Assembly (NCBI GenBank): GCA_019358915.1
Contig: JAHHIM010000002.1
Location: forward strand, 32,001-96,000
Length of the DNA stretch: 64,000 nt
Reading direction: 5' to 3'
From: Trichormus sp. ATA11-4-KO1
GTDB lineage: Bacteria; Cyanobacteriota; Cyanobacteriia; Cyanobacteriales; Nostocaceae
The notes beneath the pieces were generated by a model. The model did no database searches and was not told the origin of the DNA. It saw nothing but the letters and a program-made list of their open reading frames with translations. Positions 20,522 through 30,206 of the stretch are shown here, in pieces (within the stretch, counting starts at the first letter, position 1; every line of letters starts with the position of its first letter). The position numbers and the translations under genes are program-made.

Positions 20522-22123
20522 ATGCAAGAGTTAGGAAAATATTTACTAGCTAGTCCAGTATTTTGCGGCACTATGCTATTGTTTAATGCTGCTGTTTTTG
20601 CAGGTGAAATATCCACAACATCGGTAATAAATCAGCCTTTAACTATAGATAATTCAGAGACAAAAGCTCAGGTAATGGCGCAAATTACCTCAGTTTCTCA
20701 GTTATCAGACGTACAACCTACAGATTGGGCTTTCCAAGCATTGCAGTCGTTGGTAGAGCGTTACGGTTGTATTGCTGGGTATCCCAATACCACTTATCGT
20801 GGTAACCGCGCACTGACAAGATATGAATTTGCAGCTGGTTTCAATGCTTGTCTTGATCGGGTTAACGAGCTAATTGCCACAGCCACTGGCGATGTTATAA
20901 GACAACAAGATTTAGCGCAACTGCAAAGACTACAAGAAGAATTTGCCGCAGAACTAGCTACACTTAGAGGCCGTGTGGATGCACTAGAAGCACGCACATC
21001 TGAACTGGAAGCGAATCAATTTTCTACTACTACCAAATTGCAAGGAGAAGTTGTCACAGTTATCAGTGATGTTTTAGGTGGCAACAGAGTTAACAATCAA
21101 AACATTACAGACAAGAATACAACTCTAGGGGTGCGGGCACGAGTTGAGTTTGTCACCAGTTTTACAGGGAGAGACACCTTGTTTACGAGAATCCAAGCCA
21201 ATAATATTCTCAGCCCTAACATTGGTACACCAGAAGGTAACTTATTCTTCGCTGGTGAGGATGGTAATACTAATGCGGAAATAGATGCATTATTTTACGA
21301 ATTTCCTTTGGGTGCAAGAACACAAGTAATTGCGATCGCCAATGCAGGTGCAGCAGATGACATCACTGATACCGTAAATATCTTTGACGGTGATGGCAGT
21401 TCTGGTGCTCTATCTACTTTTGGTACACGCAACCCCATCTATAACCAGATGGATGGTGCAGGGTTGGGAATCACCCATGAATTCAGTGATAGATTGGCAC
21501 TAAGTCTGGGGTATTTGAGTGGTTCAGCTAATGACCCTGCTCCCAAGAATGGTTTGTTTGATGGTGCATACGGTGCGCTGGCACAGTTGACAGTGAGACC
21601 AAGCGATCGCATTGCTGTAGGCTTAACTTATATCCATTCTTACAGACAGCCACTACTTACGGGTAGCAATGCAGCAACCTTTGCTCCCTTGGATTTAGAT
21701 GATGATGGTACAATAGATTCCGCCTTTTCCAGCAATTCCTACGGTATCCAAGCATCTATTGGCATCAGTGAAAGATTAGTCTTAGGTGGTTGGGCTGGAT
21801 ATACAACTAGTCGCACCTTAAGTGGAAACCGTGGAGATATTGATATTTGGAATTATGCCATCACTCTCGGCTTCCCTGACCTTGGTAAAAAAGGTAATTT
21901 AGCTGGAATTATTGCTGGTGTAGAACCTAGAGTGACAAGTTCCAGCGTCGCCGGATTAAGTAGAGATAGAGATACTTCCTATCATCTTGAGGCATTCTAC
22001 CAGTACCAGCTGACTGACAATATCACTATTACCCCAGGTATCATTTGGCTGACATCCCCAGACCATAACAACAACAACGATGATGTTGTTATCGGTGCGT
22101 TAAGAACTACATTCAGTTTTTAA
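20522..22123 (+). CDS. Cyanobacterial SLH-domain porin (SomA/OprB-type)
   Basis: SVSQLSDVQPTDWAFQAL SLH region, coiled coil, FSTTTKL and C-terminal RTTFSF. Confidence 0.92.
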   Translation: MQELGKYLLASPVFCGTMLLFNAAVFAGEISTTSVINQPLTIDNSETKAQVMAQITSVSQLSDVQPTDWAFQALQSLVERYGCIAGYPNTTYRGNRALTRYEFAAGFNACLDRVNELIATATGDVIRQQDLAQLQRLQEEFAAELATLRGRVDALEARTSELEANQFSTTTKLQGEVVTVISDVLGGNRVNNQNITDKNTTLGVRARVEFVTSFTGRDTLFTRIQANNILSPNIGTPEGNLFFAGEDGNTNAEIDALFYEFPLGARTQVIAIANAGAADDITDTVNIFDGDGSSGALSTFGTRNPIYNQMDGAGLGITHEFSDRLALSLGYLSGSANDPAPKNGLFDGAYGALAQLTVRPSDRIAVGLTYIHSYRQPLLTGSNAATFAPLDLDDDGTIDSAFSSNSYGIQASIGISERLVLGGWAGYTTSRTLSGNRGDIDIWNYAITLGFPDLGKKGNLAGIIAGVEPRVTSSSVAGLSRDRDTSYHLEAFYQYQLTDNITITPGIIWLTSPDHNNNNDDVVIGALRTTFSF

Positions 22124-22188
22124 AGAAGGAAGAAGACTTCTTCCTTCTTTCTTCTTCCCTCTTCCTTCGTTAATATTGCAAAATCTCA

Positions 22189-22224
22189 AAAGAAGACGTA
22201 AAAAAATCACTTTGCGTCTTCTTT
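22189..22224 (+). terminator. Hairpin after the porin gene
   Basis: AAAGAAGACGTAAA…TTTGCGTCTTCTTT followed by a T-rich tract. Confidence 0.55.
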
Positions 22225-22324
22225 ACTTTTTGCATGGAATCAAAAAAAATAGTAAGATTACTGATATTGTCATCTTATGATGACAATAAAATTATCAATT
22301 TTGCCGAAAAACTACTTGGCAGGC

Positions 22325-22438
22325 AAAAAAAAAGACCAGCCTCCCACAGCCGGTCTATAAAATATTTTTTTGCGTTGTCTTCTCAATAGAGTCAAAACCA
22401 AATTGCGCGTTCCCAAAATGCGACGGGCAACTTTTCTT
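22325..22438 (-). ncRNA. nsrR1: Small RNA, probably NsrR1 (nitrogen-stress-repressed RNA 1)
   Basis: Extended -10 TGTTACAAT 7 nt upstream of AAGAAAAGTTGCCCGT…; ends in terminator AGACCGGCT-GTGGG-AGGCTGGTCT-T8; NtcA-like site overlaps the -10; identity from recalled sequence. Confidence 0.65.
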
Positions 22439-22447
22439 AACAATATT

Positions 22448-22461
22448 GTAACAGTCAACAC
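22448..22461. promoter_or_regulatory. NtcA-like site overlapping the sRNA -10 box (repressive position)
   Basis: GTA-ACAGTCAA-CAC, one mismatch to GTA-N8-TAC. Confidence 0.55.
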
Positions 22462-22603
22462 AGTTTTTTCGTAAATATCTACAAAAAAAAGATATGCCCA
22501 AAAGAAGTGAGCCTCTATCTTTTAGAAGAATTTAATGATGCTACGAGACAGAGATGAAGGGACAAGGGGAATAACCAGTGCCCCATTCCCTATTCCCTAT
22601 TCC

Positions 22604-24337
22604 CTATTCCCTATTCCCCATTACTAATTGTGGCTGACCCCAAAGAATACGCTCTTGCTTGTAAATAGCAATCCCCGGTTTGGCTCCTTTGGGTTTGTAA
22701 ACGTGCTTTGGCTGAGTATAAACTACTGGTACTTGGTCACTCTGACGAGCGCGACTGTAATAAGCCGCAAGATTCGCCACAAATTGCAAATCGGCTGCTT
22801 CTGGAACAGCACCAGGTTCTAAACGCAGTAGCACATGACTTCCGGGAATTTCTTGAGCGTGGAACCACAAGTCATAATCTCCAGCAACACGAAAGCTCAA
22901 CTGGTCATTTTGGCGATTGTTACGACCGATTAAGACTTCAAAGTCGTTAGGGGTACGGTAACGATGGAAGTTAGTGCTGGCAGTTTCGTTGGCGCTGCGA
23001 CTACGGTAGCCTGGATCTTCCAGATATTTTTGTCCAATCAGCTCGTCGCGGATTTCTTCTAGGGATTGCAAATCTTCTGCTGTTTGGTAGTGATCTATTT
23101 GAGCGATCGCCGCTTCTACTTGCTCCAAATAGCTAATTTCTGACTGTACCTCGAATAGTAGCGGTTCTACAGCAGCACGAGCGCGTTTTAATTTTTGATG
23201 CTGTTTGTAAAGGCGTTGGGCATTTTGCACAGCATTTTTATCTGGCTGGAGAGCGATCGCTATGGGCTTACCTGTTTCAAAATCAGAAAGGATAATTTCT
23301 TTCATACCTGGTTCCCAGTTTTGCAGGTGAGCCATCAATAAATCAGCTTTTTCACGATACTCATCAGCTTGATCTGATTGCTGTAAGCGTTCAGTAAAGG
23401 TTTGCGCCTTATTCCGTAATTTTGCCAGAATATTCTGCAATTTCTGGCTCAGTTGATGGCGTAACTGAGCAAATACCTGTTGATTCAGCTCGTCAGTGTA
23501 GTACTTGTTGAGTAAGGTTTGGATGTTTTTTTCTGGTGCAACCGCACCCCAACCCATGACGGTATATCCATTGGCTGTCCAAGCTGGTTGAAATTTATTT
23601 AATTCTAAAGCTTGCAGCCATTCTTGCCAGCGTGCAAATAACCTTTGCCATTCATCAGGTTTCAGGTGATCAGTGGTGGTTTCTGGTGCTAAATCGGCTG
23701 CCAATAACATAGACTCTACCAATGCCGCACTTAAACCGCTATAACTTTTGAGCAGTTGACGCTTAATTGTACCGGGGACTAAACTGACTCGTTCTTGCCA
23801 GCGTTCTGGAGATTCATGCAAACTAGGAACAGGTCCAGTAAGTTTTGGCGGTATTTCATAAGGCTGTCCAGTTTGGATGGGACGGACACTAGATTGGTGC
23901 TGACCAACTTGATGAGCAGCAGTGATGATCATATTATTGTCATCGGTGAGGATAGCGTTGCTGTATTTGCCCATCACTTCTACATATATATGATATAAAG
24001 CGCTTTCTCCGGGACGACGGGCAAACTGTAAATCAACAACACGTTCCCAAGGCGCGATCGCTTCAATGGCCACCAACGCCAGACCACCCAACTGATGCAC
24101 TAGTTGTTGGCTGAAGGTGAAGGTATCTGGTAATCGTGGTGGCGCTTCGCCAATACAAATGCGCGCAGCTTGGGGATGCCAAGAAATCTCTAACCAACTG
24201 CGCTGGTTGATGGTGCGTAAAGCGATCGCAATAGTATGGCGATCGCGTTGATAAACTTGTTCTAAGCGAGATGGCAGCCAGTGAGCGCGGAGTTCGCTAC
24301 AAGCAGCTGTGAGGGTAGTAAAGTCAACTGGTTGCAC
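22604..24337 (-). CDS. rqcH: NFACT family protein (Rqc2/RqcH, FbpA-like)
   Basis: VEVMGKYSN, GRNNRQND and WFHAQEIPGSHV motifs; C-terminus runs into CCTATTC repeats. Confidence 0.88.
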   Translation of the reverse strand: MQPVDFTTLTAACSELRAHWLPSRLEQVYQRDRHTIAIALRTINQRSWLEISWHPQAARICIGEAPPRLPDTFTFSQQLVHQLGGLALVAIEAIAPWERVVDLQFARRPGESALYHIYVEVMGKYSNAILTDDNNMIITAAHQVGQHQSSVRPIQTGQPYEIPPKLTGPVPSLHESPERWQERVSLVPGTIKRQLLKSYSGLSAALVESMLLAADLAPETTTDHLKPDEWQRLFARWQEWLQALELNKFQPAWTANGYTVMGWGAVAPEKNIQTLLNKYYTDELNQQVFAQLRHQLSQKLQNILAKLRNKAQTFTERLQQSDQADEYREKADLLMAHLQNWEPGMKEIILSDFETGKPIAIALQPDKNAVQNAQRLYKQHQKLKRARAAVEPLLFEVQSEISYLEQVEAAIAQIDHYQTAEDLQSLEEIRDELIGQKYLEDPGYRSRSANETASTNFHRYRTPNDFEVLIGRNNRQNDQLSFRVAGDYDLWFHAQEIPGSHVLLRLEPGAVPEAADLQFVANLAAYYSRARQSDQVPVVYTQPKHVYKPKGAKPGIAIYKQERILWGQPQLVMGNRE

Positions 24338-24584
24338 AACAATTAGTCGCTGGCTTTCAAACGTCGATGCTCAGTATATGCTATCTTGTCTAGCTCAACG
24401 TTGATTAACACAAAAAGTGGTCAGCCAATTTTCACTGAAACCAATCACGGTTTGGGATGATTGCCGTCCGGATTTTTCATGTAAAAAATAAAAGGGAAAA
24501 GGTAAAACAGCAGATTTCTGCTTCCTTCTTCTTTCTTCATGCTCAATTGTTACCCATTTCCGATTACCAAACAGGGTGAGAGCT

Positions 24585-25853
24585 TTATTTACTGATTAAT
24601 ACTGGTTCTTTGGCTGGTTGCTGCAAAAGTTGGGTGTAAAGTTCACCTAACTGAGTTGCCACGCCATCCCAACTAAACTTGGTTTCAACGCGCTTTCTAC
24701 CAGCTTTACCCAATTCGTCTCGCCATTGTGGATTTAACAAAATTCTATCAATAGCAGTTGCAAACGCAGCTACATCTTGTGGTGGTGCTAACAAACCTGT
24801 GACTTCGGGAACCACGGTAAACTGAAGTCCGCCAACATCACTTGCTACTACAGGTGTACCACTAGCCATTGCTTCAATTGCTACGAGTCCAAAGGGTTCG
24901 TAGTGACTAGGAACAACGCAAACATCAGCAGCAGCGTAATAAGTTGGTAAGATTTCTTGACTAAGACGACCGGGAAGGGTGGTAAAGTCTCTCATCCCTA
25001 ATTCGTTGATGATATTCTCAATGCGATCGCGCTCAATCCCATCACTATTACCGGGTGTACTACCACCACCAATAATTAGCTTAAGGTGATTATTGCCCCG
25101 TAATTGAGACTCATTGACTGCACGTACTAAGGTTTCTATGCCTTTACGCGGGTCAAAACGTCCTACATATAATACAAGTTTAGTATCTGGATCAATCCCC
25201 AAGTCGGCTCTAGCTGTTTGGCGGTCAATCGCACCAAATCGCTGAATATCTGTACCACAAGGAATGATGTCAATATTACCTTTAGTGGAAACGAGCGATC
25301 GCATGTGTTCCTGTTCTTGGGGACTTGTGGCGACAATCCGTTCTGCTGTCTCCAACACCTCTTTTTCTACTGCTAATCGCTGACTAGCAATTAAGGGAAT
25401 CGTTTCTATGGTCTTGTATTTTACTGCTCCTAAAGAATGGTAAGTATGAACCTGCTTAGTATCTTGGATTTTCTTCAGTTGCATACCTACCCAGCTAGAG
25501 TGCCAGTAGTTTGTGTGAACCAATTGATAGGTAATGTTATTTTCTTTTTGAAATTTGAGGAAATTATCCAAAAATTCTGGTGTGTGTTCCAGAAGATTGT
25601 CTCTTGGCACGAACTCCACAGGTCCAGCTACTAAACGAATAGTGCGACAATTTGGGCTAAATTGAACAATTGTGTTTTGTTCTTCACTTACTTTCCGAGT
25701 AAACATATCAACTTGCCATCCCAGCTGCGCCAATGCTTCACCCACATGACGCACATAAACGTTTTGTCCTCCAGCTTCTTCTTTACCAATTTCAATCGCC
25801 GGGTCTCCGTGAACGGAAATTAAGGCAATCCGTTTTCCAGTAGTAGCGTTCAT
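24585..25853 (-). CDS. spsB: Sucrose-phosphate synthase, glucosyltransferase domain only (GT4)
   Basis: HGDP…EAGGQNVYV, HTNYW, HTYHSLG and EPFGLVAIEAMASG; closely resembles Nostoc SpsB as recalled. Confidence 0.8.
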   Translation of the reverse strand: MNATTGKRIALISVHGDPAIEIGKEEAGGQNVYVRHVGEALAQLGWQVDMFTRKVSEEQNTIVQFSPNCRTIRLVAGPVEFVPRDNLLEHTPEFLDNFLKFQKENNITYQLVHTNYWHSSWVGMQLKKIQDTKQVHTYHSLGAVKYKTIETIPLIASQRLAVEKEVLETAERIVATSPQEQEHMRSLVSTKGNIDIIPCGTDIQRFGAIDRQTARADLGIDPDTKLVLYVGRFDPRKGIETLVRAVNESQLRGNNHLKLIIGGGSTPGNSDGIERDRIENIINELGMRDFTTLPGRLSQEILPTYYAAADVCVVPSHYEPFGLVAIEAMASGTPVVASDVGGLQFTVVPEVTGLLAPPQDVAAFATAIDRILLNPQWRDELGKAGRKRVETKFSWDGVATQLGELYTQLLQQPAKEPVLISK

Positions 25854-26264
25854 AGTTTGTGTGTTGCTGTTTTTCAGAAGGTATTGGGCGTTTCTAGGTT
25901 TGCTAGGTGCAAACTTAGTTATGTTGAGAAAATTTGAGTAATTTTTATTTTAATTTAATTGTGTCAAACCTTTTGATATATTCACTATCTGGTCTATACT
26001 TCTTTGCTCTGTAATTGTATTTAATATCTTTATATATCAAGAATTATACTCATATCTAATTCTTGTGATAGATGAACCTCGATTTAATTAGTGTTAACTG
26101 TGCAGATATACTCTTCTAGATATTATTAATGAATACGTCAAGCGATCGCCAATCATTAGTACTGAGATTAAAAGTAATTTTATATCAGACTCCTAATTCA
26201 ATAACAAAACTCAGTACACATCTATTCTCTTGTTTCCCTTAGGGTGATGCCTCCAACACTCCAA

Positions 26265-26345
26265 GGCAGTAAGCACCAGTTGCTCATGGAGAAATTCACG
26301 CCAGTGAGGTCTTGGAGGAAAACCGCCAAGACCTCACTGGCTCAC
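26265..26345. repeat. SDR-type palindromic dispersed repeat (nested)
   Basis: GCCAGTGAGGTCTTGG-AGGAAAACCG-CCAAGACCTCACTGGC hairpin; related copies at ~27592-27633 and ~41325-41362. Confidence 0.65.
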
Positions 26346-26484
26346 CTGTTCCTTTCCTAGGTAAGCAATTTCATAAATCAAATCGGATTACTACAATTAT
26401 TAAGCTCACGGGGAAGCAAGGTACATTTAACGTTTTGTTCGTTTTTTTCCTGAATTCACAAAATCCTATTGCTCCCCAATCAAC

Positions 26485-27348
26485 TTATTGATCTTTTTGT
26501 GACAATTGCCAGAGTTGGATTTCATAACAGAGATGACGTTCAAAAATTGTGCGTGCTTCTAAACCCTCAACAATCAGCTTTTGCACCCAGCGATTAAATA
26601 TCCAACGACCGAGTGCATGTAATGGTGGAACTGCGATCGCTACTAAATCGGCAATATACTTGATAGTACTCAGCCCAAAAGTGCGGAAATTTTCAATACA
26701 TAAGTCAATCGTTGGTGCAATCTGAGATGAGATATCTTCAGCTTGAACTAATTTGAATCCAGCCTCCTCTAACGCTGCGTGAAGCACACTAGCAACATGA
26801 CAATTGGAGAAGATGCCTTCATGGTATTTGGCATCAACGCGGATCATATCGGCAAGCAGCAGGTAGCCACCATTGTTAAGCAAATGAGCAGCACCTTGAG
26901 CAAGATCATCAGCAGCAATATATTGGCTACTTTCACTGAAAAGTATGAGGTCGTAGGGGTGAGTTTGCTGGAAATCTTCAAATTTTGTTAAGTGAAATAC
27001 TACCTGACCGTTGGTGTGATCTATAAACTTCTTTTGCTGGAACGGATCAGGTGCTAATCCCTCAACAGCAAAGCCACGATCTTTAAGGTAAGCTGCATTA
27101 CCACCAATGCCACAGCCGACATCAAGCAGGTTGTTTGTTCCGGCTGGGATGAAAGTCAAAAGTTTAGCTACATAGGCTTCCTGAGCGATGCGTAACCGCA
27201 CAAGAGTCAAATCCTCAGTGGAGGCTGGAAGAGGTTCCCAATATCCGTAATGCAGATAGGATGAACCTGTAAGTTCTAAATAGTAATTGATCGCAGCATT
27301 TTGGTAGCGAGTCGCTTGAGAAATATGAATTAACTTTGATTGAGACAT
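26485..27348 (-). CDS. Class I SAM-dependent methyltransferase (sterol/tocopherol C-MT-like)
   Basis: YLHYGYW and LLDVGCGIGG motifs; FSESSQY. Confidence 0.85.
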   Translation of the reverse strand: MSQSKLIHISQATRYQNAAINYYLELTGSSYLHYGYWEPLPASTEDLTLVRLRIAQEAYVAKLLTFIPAGTNNLLDVGCGIGGNAAYLKDRGFAVEGLAPDPFQQKKFIDHTNGQVVFHLTKFEDFQQTHPYDLILFSESSQYIAADDLAQGAAHLLNNGGYLLLADMIRVDAKYHEGIFSNCHVASVLHAALEEAGFKLVQAEDISSQIAPTIDLCIENFRTFGLSTIKYIADLVAIAVPPLHALGRWIFNRWVQKLIVEGLEARTIFERHLCYEIQLWQLSQKDQ

Positions 27349-27891
27349 TGGTAAATATAGTATGGTCAGCCAGATATAAGTTTGCCCCTGGGAAAAGCCG
27401 CAAAAACAACAAGAGCCGTTTCCACGCTTACTGCTCTAAGAGGTTGTTTTAAAAGGGTCTTTCCATGTCATATTGAACGCAGCGTAGCGGAGTGAAATAT
27501 CTCAGTATATAGCTCAAACCAAGGATATTCTGGATTCTTTCCTCCGGCACGTCTTCGCCGGTAAGCGCAGCTATGCCTGTCAGGGCTTTACGTTAGTCGC
27601 TTATTGGGAAAACCTCCAAGACCGCACTAACTCACTACAAACCTTTAATTATTTACGTCATCCTACTTACAATACAACAATACTAATACAAGTATTCAGG
27701 CTATTTTAGTTTAAATACGAAACGCTACCTCCACCACTAAATTTTTAAAACTTACAGTAGAGATAGCATTTATTTACTAATTTAGGTAGACCTAAATAGC
27801 ATTTTTAGTAACGTAATGACTGCTCTTGCTTAGATTTGCTGGTTAAAGTCATATCAAATATGAGCAAAACCCAAATTACAATTTATTACAG

Positions 27892-27999
27892 TTATTGACT
27901 TAATCCATCATATCTATTTGGATCTTTTTTCTCCTTTTTTTTATCAGGATCTTTCTTAGGTTTTTTAGCTTCTTTGTTGCCTTTTTTTTCCTTAGACAT
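27892..27999 (-). CDS. 35-aa Lys-rich microprotein (not in the ORF track)
   Basis: MSKEKKGNKEAKKPKKDPDKKKEKKDPNRYDGLSQ*; GGAG RBS 7 nt upstream. Confidence 0.65.
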   Translation of the reverse strand: MSKEKKGNKEAKKPKKDPDKKKEKKDPNRYDGLSQ

Positions 28000-28095
28000 A
28001 ATTATTCTCCAATGTGGTAATAAGTAAAGTAGCTACAAGGTGAGTCAAAGTCTTTTCCAGACAATATTCTTTTACACAAATAATTTGTTTTCAAA

Positions 28096-28275
28096 CTATA
28101 AAATGTTCCAGAAGTAGAGAAAGCCTTGACCGGAAAACACTTCAATCAAAGCGACAGCTAAAAAGCCTAACATTGCTAAGCGACCATTCAAAATTTCGGA
28201 TTGAGGAATAAAGCCCCAAAACCTAGCATTGCGTTTCTGGGAAATCAACTGTGTAGCTTTTGTAGTATCTGACAT
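28096..28275 (-). CDS. hli: High-light-inducible protein (HLIP/CAB-like, 59 aa; not in the ORF track)
   Basis: [19 protein letters not shown] contains the ExxNxR chlorophyll-binding motif; one TM helix. Confidence 0.92.
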   Translation of the reverse strand: MSDTTKATQLISQKRNARFWGFIPQSEILNGRLAMLGFLAVALIEVFSGQGFLYFWNIL

Positions 28276-28426
28276 AAGTAATACTCTAAAATGTTCTATT
28301 TCAGAAATTCATAAATCACCTAACAAATACTGCCTGCTCGCTACTAAGAATATAGCTGTCAGCCTATAAATCCCTCTGAAATTCATTGCAGAGGTAATTA
28401 AGCAGTGATGTTAGAACTAGCTGACC

Positions 28427-28912
28427 CTACTGAAGACCAGCGATTAGGTAGTCGAAGTAAGTGCTCACTTCGCTAGCGTCTTCTCCTGACAACATTGAGG
28501 TGGCGACATTCTTCATCGCACGGATACCTTCGGCAACAGCTTCAATCGGAGTGCCGAGAGATTTGTACATTTCCCGAGCACCAATAATCCCAACCTCTTG
28601 AATTGGTGTGGACTCACCAGCCACGACACTATAGGTAATCAAGCGCAGGTAGTAATCCATATCACGCAGACAAGTTGCAGTCATTTCCTGACCGTAAGCA
28701 TTGCCACCAGGTGAGATAATATCTGGGCGCTTTTGAAATAGCTGATTTCCAGATTGCTTCACAATAAGCTCCCGGTTTTCAGTTAAGACCTGAACAAGGC
28801 GCAGACGGCGCTCACTACTCTTGACAAAGTTCTTAATCGGCTCCATATCTCCAGGACTGAGATAGCGAGCTTCGGCATCCGCCTTGAGAATCGACTTTAT
28901 AATTAGGCTCAT
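28427..28912 (-). CDS. apcA2: Allophycocyanin alpha-like subunit (orphan paralogue)
   Basis: [11 protein letters not shown] and PGGNAYG…[13 protein letters not shown] with the bilin Cys; no apcB alongside. Confidence 0.8.
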   Translation of the reverse strand: MSLIIKSILKADAEARYLSPGDMEPIKNFVKSSERRLRLVQVLTENRELIVKQSGNQLFQKRPDIISPGGNAYGQEMTATCLRDMDYYLRLITYSVVAGESTPIQEVGIIGAREMYKSLGTPIEAVAEGIRAMKNVATSMLSGEDASEVSTYFDYLIAGLQ

Positions 28913-29444
28913 CAACAAATTCCTTCAAAAAATGAAATTATGTTTGCTCTCAGTTAATTTCAAGGTCTACTTAATTAGTAGGCTGAGACAAAAACTACTG
29001 GTAAAGAGCTTACATTTTTTACTCACGACCCGAAACTTTAGACCAACCATCACAAGCAATGAGGCTTTCTTTTATTCTTCTGCGCTTGTGTTTAAGTTAG
29101 ATGTTGCCTAGATGTTGCCAAATAACTTTCAGGCGTTGTGTTTAATATTTCCCAATTCCTGATATTCTTCTCAACTTTTCTATTCAGCAAGAACAGATAA
29201 TTAATTAAATTTTCTTGTATGTTTTAACTATAGCAGTTTTATTTTAGAAAAAAATTATCCAAGTAAAACTCTTTAGTCTTAATCATGGCATAATACTTAG
29301 ATAAAGTTATATTTTTAAAGATAATTTGATACATAAGGTAAATATTTAAAAATTGTCATATGACTTCCAATGTCTACTACATATACATTTCAGCCTAAAA
29401 GTCTAAAAATACACGTTCTTAATCTCAATTAAATCCAAAGATGG

Positions 29445-29575
29445 TAAGTAGGTGGGTGGGAAAATTTATCGCTAGGATAAGGCAGAAGGCAGAAGGCAGG
29501 AGGCAGAAGGGAAGAGGGTTTTAAGCTGATTCATTTTTCTTTACATAGTTGATTTTATTTGTGCCTACCTACTTA
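29445..29575. mobile_element. MITE-like element with terminal inverted repeats and internal AGGCAGA repeats
   Basis: TAAGTAGGTGGGT…GCCTACCTACTTA ends (11/13 complementary). Confidence 0.65.
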
Positions 29576-30206
29576 GAAATTTATTTTCCGATACTTCATG
29601 AAATGCCTCCACTTCAGAACAAAATGCAGAAGCAATCGAAAACTGCAATTGATGCTTAAGGATTAGTCAAACTATTCTGAATCCCAACTGAATAATCAAA
29701 ATTTACTAATGAGCAAAAAATAAGATGTTTTCTGGGGTAGATTTTTAGAAATTAATTGATTATGCAATCAGAATTGAAAATCTATGACTCTATGTATAAA
29801 ATAGATACAATTATGTCATAATAGACTTTACTACCGATAACAGTGTCATATACATCATTAGCACAGTGTTAATTTCTACCTAAATAGACCCTGAGATAGA
29901 GGATAATATTAATGTTGCAGCTTCTATGATCTCTGCCGCACTAATGTCAAAATATATTAACTAAGATATATTTACATATCTCTCTATCTCATATAAGAAT
30001 AAAGTTATCTAAAGTGTATTTTAAGACATTTATTGTTATAAGTAATGTGCCTTTGTTCTAATTAAGTTAGCTTCTTTATACGAAATGCAAATTTAGTAAT
30101 CTACTAAATACAAAAATTAAGCTACACGGACTAATAAGCAAATTGAAGTAACCCTTTTTCATGCATTTGCTCCACCAAAGTAAACCAAAATTGCACAAAG
30201 ATTTTT

